IMG/VR virus record: IMGVR_UViG_3300012665_000674
Location: 1-64,000 of that record
Origin: a virus
Taxonomy: Duplodnaviria > Caudoviricetes
Direction: 5' to 3' (one strand)
Length of the DNA: 64,000 nt
Notes under the pieces: model-generated
Seen by the model: the letters and a program-made list of their open reading frames with translations, nothing else
Told to the model about the DNA's origin: nothing
The model's database searches: none
Part shown: piece by piece, positions 57,920 through 64,000 of the stretch
Position numbering within the stretch: position 1 is the first letter of the stretch
Layout: the number at the start of each line of letters is the position of its first letter
Made by a program: the position numbers and the translations under genes

Positions 57920-59356
57920 CTACTTTTTTAATGAATTTAATAATGTTTTAAGTTTTGATCCCTGAACATCTGCTAAAACTCTTTTATTATCAGGTTCTAA
58001 TATTTCCCCTGTAGCCTGATTAATAATGGTATCAGAAGATGCCAATGTAGACTGTGGTTTTAATCTAGTCATAATGTCATTTGGACTAGGACTAGGTTTG
58101 AATTTTGATTGTTGTTCAGCATATCCGTCTGGATCAGTATCTGTTATTCGCATAGTTTCAATGTTATATTCCAAATCAATCTTTTGTCCTACGCCAGTAG
58201 AACTACGACTTTTCATACATTGAATTTGATATTGACCACGTTCACGCATACTACGACTTGTAAAAATACCGAACACATTATCTGCTGTATTAATTTTACT
58301 GATACCACCTGCAATGTGACTATGATCGAATTCAATTTCTTCAACTGCGCTACGATTCAACTGACTTGCGGTAACCATAAGAATACCTAATTCTTTTGCT
58401 AAGTTACGCAATTCTTCACTTACGTATTTGTCTTTGATAAACTGATCGTTAGGATTTACCTTGACACTAACTGGCATAACCAAATCAAGATAATCAATCA
58501 TTACAAAGTCAACTTTGATTCCAGTTTGAATTTGTACTTCTTTTAAATATGACCTAATATCATTGACATTGCTTTGTGCAGGCAAACCCTTAACACGATA
58601 CTGTCCTGATTTTTTACCTGCCAGTTTTACTTTAAGTTCAGTATTATCAATATCTTTACGAATATCTCTGGTACTCATCATAGTCAACATAGCATCAGTT
58701 CTCAATGAAGTCAATTCTTCACTCAATTCTAAACTGATATAAACACCACTGAGCCCTTGTTGCAGCCAGTTAAGTGCAATATTCATCATAACCAATGATT
58801 TACCTGAACCACTACCACCTGCAAAGATATTCAATTCACCACGACTGAATCCACCATACAATAGTTTATCAAGTTGCGGCCACCCTGTACTTACTTGTCC
58901 ACCTGAATTGAAATACTTGTTAATACGTGCTTTAGGATCAGCAAAGTAATCAGTGCCCATGTCTCGTTGTAAACTAATCTGTACTGCATCTTTGATTAAT
59001 TTTTCAACAGGGCCAAAGTCACCCTTCTCTAGCATGTCGGCTGATTTAAGAATTGCTCGTTCTAATTCTTGTCGTTTTGTAAATGATTCAAACTCAGCAA
59101 GAAACCATTCAGTATGTTTGTCACCAAAATCTTCAATGGCATCAAGCTGAATGCCTGTAGTTGCATTGATTTGTGTACAGTCAGGTAACAAACTATATTT
59201 TTCACTATACTCCTTCATAAACTCTGCTACAGGTCTTAGTGACTTGTCAAAGTTTTCCGGATTCATTATGTTCATTACCCGTGTATATAATTCTGCGTTT
59301 GTAATCATCATACGCAAAAAGAGTTTTTGAACCTCAATATTATAATCCTTTAGCAA
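57920..59356 (-). CDS. Replicative DnaB-family helicase (gp41-like)
   Basis: GGSGSGKS, SLELSE, IDYLDL, TASQLNR, TAD, KSR. Confidence 0.92.
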   Translation of the reverse strand: MLKDYNIEVQKLFLRMMITNAELYTRVMNIMNPENFDKSLRPVAEFMKEYSEKYSLLPDCTQINATTGIQLDAIEDFGDKHTEWFLAEFESFTKRQELERAILKSADMLEKGDFGPVEKLIKDAVQISLQRDMGTDYFADPKARINKYFNSGGQVSTGWPQLDKLLYGGFSRGELNIFAGGSGSGKSLVMMNIALNWLQQGLSGVYISLELSEELTSLRTDAMLTMMSTRDIRKDIDNTELKVKLAGKKSGQYRVKGLPAQSNVNDIRSYLKEVQIQTGIKVDFVMIDYLDLVMPVSVKVNPNDQFIKDKYVSEELRNLAKELGILMVTASQLNRSAVEEIEFDHSHIAGGISKINTADNVFGIFTSRSMRERGQYQIQCMKSRSSTGVGQKIDLEYNIETMRITDTDPDGYAEQQSKFKPSPSPNDIMTRLKPQSTLASSDTIINQATGEILEPDNKRVLADVQGSKLKTLLNSLKK

Positions 59357-60311
59357 TTTTTTTCCTCTGCATTTCTATTTTAATTTTACTATTTGTTGCA
59401 CTATGAAGTATACTTAGTAGGGTAGGCAATTTGCCATATTTAACTACTGCATCATTCACATCTTTTACGTCAGTATCCCAATCGGGTAAACTAACTTGAT
59501 ATCCCAATTCTAATGCCCTATCACACATTTTTAATCCAGTCTTATCACGATCTGGCACAACAATAATTTGCTTGTTTAACGTGCTTAGTAGTTGTGCTTG
59601 GTCATTACTAATTTCATCATGCATGACTGCTACACCATCGATACTTAATGCATCAAATATACCTTCAGTTAAGATACAAACAATCCATTCAGGTTTCTGT
59701 GCATCTAAATTAAAAACATACCCTGGTTGTTGTTCATTGATATATTTTGGTATTTTGTTATCTAAGAATCTACTTGTATGACCAACTATTTTATTTTTGT
59801 ATGTGTAGGGTATAATGACTCTGTTTGACATTCTACCAAATTCATTAGGAGTAATTAAAAACGGATAGTCGTTTGTATCTATCTTTCGTTTTTCTAAATA
59901 GTCCACATATGATTTGTGTGCTGGGTTGTTACTATCAACAATCTCACCTTCAGGTAATACATGGTCGTTGAACTTTATTTTTACACGTTCTTTTTTTACC
60001 TGCGTGAAATCTAATAAGTCTTTGTGTTGTAAACTTTCTAAACTCCAGCGTTGAACTTGTTCATTATCAACTCCGCACCAGCTTAATAGATTACGTGTTT
60101 TTGATGTGATGCTTCTACCCAATACAAAATTGCATTTGAACCCACAATTAAAGCAATGCATAGACCAATTATGGCCGTCAAGTTTTACTCCACCACGCAT
60201 TCTACGATCAGGTTTATGACCGAAGTGGTTGCAACAAACTGCGTTAAAGCTAGTCCAACCTGAACTTGTTAGTTTCTTTTTCCCCGGAAGTACTGATAGT
60301 ATATCAAACAT
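59340..60311 (-). CDS. DNA primase (gp61-like; Zn finger plus Toprim)
   Basis: HCFNCG, TEGIFDA, PDRD, KDVND. Confidence 0.88.
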   Translation of the reverse strand: MFDILSVLPGKKKLTSSGWTSFNAVCCNHFGHKPDRRMRGGVKLDGHNWSMHCFNCGFKCNFVLGRSITSKTRNLLSWCGVDNEQVQRWSLESLQHKDLLDFTQVKKERVKIKFNDHVLPEGEIVDSNNPAHKSYVDYLEKRKIDTNDYPFLITPNEFGRMSNRVIIPYTYKNKIVGHTSRFLDNKIPKYINEQQPGYVFNLDAQKPEWIVCILTEGIFDALSIDGVAVMHDEISNDQAQLLSTLNKQIIVVPDRDKTGLKMCDRALELGYQVSLPDWDTDVKDVNDAVVKYGKLPTLLSILHSATNSKIKIEMQRKKIAKGL

Positions 60312-60317
60312 CTAGAC

Positions 60318-60347
60318 AGTGTAACATATTTGTATACAGTAAATCAA
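60318..60347 (-). promoter_or_regulatory. Sigma70-type promoter for primase-helicase
   Basis: TTGATT-18 nt-TACACT with extended TG, 6 nt before ATG. Confidence 0.55.
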
Positions 60348-60360
60348 CAGTTGTGGTGAT

Positions 60361-61122
60361 TTACCTAGTTAATATGTTGGTGACTGCACCCGAGTTACTG
60401 TTGAATTCCATTCTTATGTATGGATGATATCCTTGAATAACATACCCAAGTGTATCTGTTGTATTAGAAACGGTATCAGTTGTTATAATAGGATACCAAT
60501 CACCATCGACAATTGCTGAACCTTGAATTACAGTATTACCATAAAATTCTTCATACTTAGTTTGGATGGTCAAAACGGGATTGTCATTAGTAGAAAGCAC
60601 ACTAGAATAGTAAGTCAGGTCACCACTTGAGTTACTAATGTTAGGGAATTGCTGACCACTTGGAATACTTAACTCATATGAAGCTACAAAGTTAGGTAAT
60701 ACACTATTAACAATATTCATTACTCCACGTGCGCCTGCATTTTGATCTACGAATACAGGGTAGTCAAATTCACTCACAGGAATTTCTAAAGTATAGTAAC
60801 ATTTCTGTGCTTCAATGTTTTCTAAGTCTGCCGCATTTAAAAACAATGCACAAATACCAGTAGCAGGCAACTGTAGTGTCAGTGCTTTTTGAATAAGGAT
60901 CTCATTTCCTTCGTAGTTAAGGATTCTACAGGTGATGCTCTTTCCAGTAATATCGACGGGTTTTTGTTCCTGATTAAGGAATTGGAATTGAAGTTGATTG
61001 TCAACTCCTTTATGCAATGTTAATGGTTTTGCGTAGACTGGCATATATTTCCTTGGTGAATAGCCTGACAATAGCACGACAATATTGCGCTGAAAGTAAT
61101 AAAATACTGATGTTGAATACAC
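60361..61122 (-). CDS. Virion structural protein (BppU-like N-terminal domain)
   Basis: KGVDN.L.F.FLNQEQKPVDITG; late promoter upstream. Confidence 0.55.
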   Translation of the reverse strand: MYSTSVFYYFQRNIVVLLSGYSPRKYMPVYAKPLTLHKGVDNQLQFQFLNQEQKPVDITGKSITCRILNYEGNEILIQKALTLQLPATGICALFLNAADLENIEAQKCYYTLEIPVSEFDYPVFVDQNAGARGVMNIVNSVLPNFVASYELSIPSGQQFPNISNSSGDLTYYSSVLSTNDNPVLTIQTKYEEFYGNTVIQGSAIVDGDWYPIITTDTVSNTTDTLGYVIQGYHPYIRMEFNSNSGAVTNILTR

Positions 61123-61214
61123 AAATGTAGGCTCCTAATATTATATTTAGTCTAAAGAATTTTCTTTTATTAACTTTGGTTCACCCAATACTAAATAAAA
61201 CTATTGATATTACA

Positions 61215-61598
61215 ATGATTCACAACGAATTTTTTAAACGTTTAAGCGAAAATCACCCGTTCATAACAGTGTGTTCATATGCCAACCAAGATTATGTTGG
61301 GATAGTACAAAATCGTGACGAAATGGTCACTACAATATATGACTATGGATCAATAATTGACCCTAATATTAAAGAGAAATTTTTAGAATTGGGGGAAGTT
61401 TGGTGGTGGGAAAGCAATCGACTTATTCCTATAAATCTATTTTTAAAGGAAGACTGGGCTATTTTTAAGCCCTACATTCGCACCTTTAACAACAAGAGCC
61501 TAGTAGTTGTGCATGGCCCTGTATGTAGCATGGCCGAGTTAAGTAAACGCAGGTCCAAACGCCGTAGTATTACTCTGGTCAAGAGACTCCCTCAATAA
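61215..61598 (+). CDS. Hypothetical protein
   Basis: WWWESNR.IPI; basic C-terminus; CTAAATA at 61191-61197. Confidence 0.65.
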   Translation: MIHNEFFKRLSENHPFITVCSYANQDYVGIVQNRDEMVTTIYDYGSIIDPNIKEKFLELGEVWWWESNRLIPINLFLKEDWAIFKPYIRTFNNKSLVVVHGPVCSMAELSKRRSKRRSITLVKRLPQ

Positions 61599-62150
61599 GT
61601 TCATATGAACTACAACTAGATTAGCATAAGCAATTGCATGTGCTTTTTTAAAAACATACCCATCTGTTCCCTTATCCCATACAGTCTTTGCAACTTCACT
61701 CCAAGTTTTTCCGATTAAATGTTTTTTACCCGGACGAATTACCGCTAAGAACATAGCAAGTCTTGGAATACTATCTACTGGTTCTGGCATCTTTTGTAGA
61801 TTATAAAACTGATTATTTAAGTGAATCAATTGTTCAACAAATTTACTGTCTGTTAACTTAGACCAATCAGGATCACGCATTAATTCTATTAAATGAATTT
61901 CATCACGTACTTTTTCGTATACATGCACATTCAACAAATCTAATTTAAAATATCCACGTTTTTCTGCTTCTGTATAATCAATACTTGCAATATCATTGAT
62001 TGGATCATAGGGTATATCTGTAACATATATACCAGTTGCATGATTACGTATAGGCTTAACGTTACGCATAGCCGCACGTGTGTGCTTGATAAGTTTCAAT
62101 AAATGGTCTCGACTACCAAAGTCAATGTCAATGTCTGAATCGATTCTCAT
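61539..62150 (-). CDS. DNA polymerase III alpha (DnaE)-like catalytic fragment
   Basis: SDIDIDF, HATG, YFKLDLL, IRPG, YVFKKAHAIAY. Confidence 0.85.
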   Translation of the reverse strand: MRIDSDIDIDFGSRDHLLKLIKHTRAAMRNVKPIRNHATGIYVTDIPYDPINDIASIDYTEAEKRGYFKLDLLNVHVYEKVRDEIHLIELMRDPDWSKLTDSKFVEQLIHLNNQFYNLQKMPEPVDSIPRLAMFLAVIRPGKKHLIGKTWSEVAKTVWDKGTDGYVFKKAHAIAYANLVVVHMNLLRESLDQSNTTAFGPAFT

Positions 62151-62707
62151 CGAGGTGCTACCAATCCTGCTTTCATTAATTTCATATATGCTTGTTGTAC
62201 AACAATAGCCTGTCGTTCTGCATCTTCTACTGCTTTGTGACTAGTGACATGACCACCATCTTTAAGTTTTACACCAGCGACTTCATATAAAGTTCTAGTA
62301 TCTCTAACAGTCCAGAATTCCCAGGGTATAGGATTAGGCTTTTCACTTGTTTGTCGCCATGCATGTTCCATTACTACACAGTCAAAACTTGCACCGTTAC
62401 TCCAAACAGCACGACGGTTCCAACAAAACTTGTATAGTTTTTCCATACATACATCAAATGGCTCTCGCCCCCAGTCACCCATAGCCTCTTCAATTGCTTC
62501 TGGACTTTGTTCTCCCCACCAGCGCATAGTATCATCATTGATGCTTCTATTGTACTTTTCAGTTTGATCCTCAATTGTAGGTCTGAGTTCTAGTTTATCA
62601 ACGATGCCTGAGCCTTTAGGATCAAATCTTACTGCACCAATAGTAAGTATAACACAATCAGGTGTTGTGTTCAAACTTTCAATGTCTATCATTATATCAT
62701 TTGCCAT
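62147..62707 (-). CDS. DEDDh 3'-5' exonuclease (Rv2179c-like)
   Basis: MIDIES, NGASFD, RDTRT, H.A..DA. Confidence 0.85.
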   Translation of the reverse strand: MANDIMIDIESLNTTPDCVILTIGAVRFDPKGSGIVDKLELRPTIEDQTEKYNRSINDDTMRWWGEQSPEAIEEAMGDWGREPFDVCMEKLYKFCWNRRAVWSNGASFDCVVMEHAWRQTSEKPNPIPWEFWTVRDTRTLYEVAGVKLKDGGHVTSHKAVEDAERQAIVVQQAYMKLMKAGLVAPR

Positions 62708-63098
62708 TTTGTGTATCTCTTAAATATTTTGCTGCCTTCTCTAACAATTTAGGATTGTCTTTAAAATTGCCACATCCTAAATTGCACTTTCTACATAACC
62801 ATCCGCGAAATGTTTTTAGTTCGTGATTGTGATCCATCACCCATGGTCTACCTTTTTTACGTAGTGTTGGATTAATATTTTCATTCAATTGTTTTTCTGT
62901 CTGTTCGCAAATAGGACAAATATGATTGTCGGGTATTGATGGTGCAGTTTTTCTTATTTCATTACGTTCTTTAGCAAGCATTCGATCACATGCTTTACAA
63001 TCAGACCTTAGTTTTTTACCACCGCTATCATTACCAAATTGATTCAATGGTTTGATACATTTGCATCTATTACAAATCTTTGATATTAATTTTTCCAT
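62697..63098 (-). CDS. Endonuclease VII-family nuclease
   Basis: CPIC...MDHNH...FRGWLCRKCN; N-terminal CxxC pairs. Confidence 0.85.
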   Translation of the reverse strand: MEKLISKICNRCKCIKPLNQFGNDSGGKKLRSDCKACDRMLAKERNEIRKTAPSIPDNHICPICEQTEKQLNENINPTLRKKGRPWVMDHNHELKTFRGWLCRKCNLGCGNFKDNPKLLEKAAKYLRDTQNGK

Positions 63099-63123
63099 AA
63101 CTCGTATATAATTTTAAATTTGT

Positions 63124-63369
63124 CTATGACCACTTTAGAAGAAAAAATGTTAGGTCTTCGTCTTTACATAGTATTAATTCTCCGTTCACCGTGTCATCTA
63201 ACCATCTACTAGATTCAATTTCTTCTTGATAGCCACTATTGCCGAAGTTATTAGTACACCATTCTCGTATTTCATCAGAGTCAATTTCTCCGTGACCCTT
63301 CCAAGAAATAGTATGTATCTTTTTCTTGCTACCATAGTAACTTTCTGTTTTATGCGTGAATGCGGTCAT
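63124..63369 (-). CDS. Small hypothetical protein (WC...FG...FxLKW type)
   Basis: EWCTNNFG...DEDLTFFLLKWS. Confidence 0.6.
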   Translation of the reverse strand: MTAFTHKTESYYGSKKKIHTISWKGHGEIDSDEIREWCTNNFGNSGYQEEIESSRWLDDTVNGELILCKDEDLTFFLLKWS

Positions 63370-63578
63370 TTTGCTTTCTTACTTGTATAAGGTTGTTCTA
63401 CTCTAGGTAATCCGCAATCAGCACAATTACATCTTGCCCATATACTACCCCATTCATTACGCTCAACCACATCGTAGCTTGTCCAGCGATGAAACCCTAA
63501 ACGACACTTCCATGATTGTACAGGTTTAAGTCCTGCGACTGTTCTCCAAGTGTTCTCTGCTGTATTCATATCTTCCAC
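63366..63578 (-). CDS. Small Zn-binding hypothetical protein
   Basis: CRLGFHRW...CADCG. Confidence 0.6.
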   Translation of the reverse strand: MEDMNTAENTWRTVAGLKPVQSWKCRLGFHRWTSYDVVERNEWGSIWARCNCADCGLPRVEQPYTSKKAK

Positions 63579-63850
63579 AATTCATACATAACTTTAAATT
63601 TGTCTTCCCATATGATGATTGTAACATTTCCTGACGTTAAAAGAAAGTCCCAACCACTACCTCTTTCACCGAAATTGCGTCTGCACCATTTTACAATGAC
63701 ACTCGGATCTTCTTTCTTACTCTTACAATCGTATATATATTGCACCCTATTATGCCTACCCATATAAGTACGGTCTATAACCTCGTATTGTATTTCGTCT
63801 TCTCTGATTGGTATTGGTACAAATGTACCTGTAGATTTAGTTATTGCCAT
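63566..63850 (-). CDS. Small hypothetical protein (WC...FG type)
   Basis: KWCRRNFG..G..W.F. Confidence 0.6.
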   Translation of the reverse strand: MAITKSTGTFVPIPIREDEIQYEVIDRTYMGRHNRVQYIYDCKSKKEDPSVIVKWCRRNFGERGSGWDFLLTSGNVTIIIWEDKFKVMYELWKI

Positions 63851-64000
63851 TTTAATCCATAATAAGTTGCTAATGATTCTTTATAAAAGTGAAACAGTAC
63901 ATAACTAGGTTTGGATTCAATCAGTCCCGTAAAGTTGTCTTGTATACTAGGATGATATCTAAAATCAAAATCTATGCCCTGAACATAGCCGGCTTCACGC
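63841..64000 (-). CDS. Partial small hypothetical protein (5' end outside window)
   Basis: Manual translation: ...REAGYVQGIDFDF...FHFYKESLATYYGLKWQ*. Confidence 0.6.
   Translation of the reverse strand, partial: REAGYVQGIDFDFRYHPSIQDNFTGLIESKPSYVLFHFYKESLATYYGLKWQ

Noticed and set aside
6-63767. Many short plus-strand ORFs in the track (e.g. 6..272, 3645..3953, 26682..27131, 39486..39950)
   Set aside because: They are antisense shadows of well-supported minus-strand genes, with no RBS or recognisable motifs
1-64000. Stop-codon reassignment
   Set aside because: Conserved genes are full length under the standard code, coding density is high, and TAA, TGA and TAG all end genes

Overview
A 64-kb, AT-rich segment of a large T4-like myophage genome, mostly transcribed on the minus strand. 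It contains tail sheath, tail tube, neck (gp13/14/15-like), head-completion, baseplate and fibre genes. Replication genes include a T4-type helicase, primase and clamp loader, plus a very small C-family (DnaE-like) polymerase split between two genes about 40 kb apart. Lysis genes (GH19 endolysin, 3TM holin) and host-like genes (ClpA, DnaJ, GroES, YccA/BI-1, IscA, PhoH, MazG, Nudix) are also present. The most unusual region is 1-8.7 kb. It holds late genes that look like head-packaged polyproteins: unrelated modules (Pol-beta nucleotidyltransferases, an ADP-ribosyltransferase-like domain, a KxDG ligase-like domain, an HxGH nucleotidyltransferase) are separated by prohead-protease-type [ILVM]-x-E sites. 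Some modules are bounded by a DNA-conserved repeat, AAGGTGTGGC(G/T)GA, encoding (K/Q)GVAE, which suggests in-frame cassette exchange. Other notable signals are a self-chaining MNE...GVEE* small-gene array, hairpins that mask ribosome-binding sites and overlap late promoters, a three-hairpin leader RNA, and many apparently leaderless genes. All calls come from motif recognition by eye; no database searches were run.
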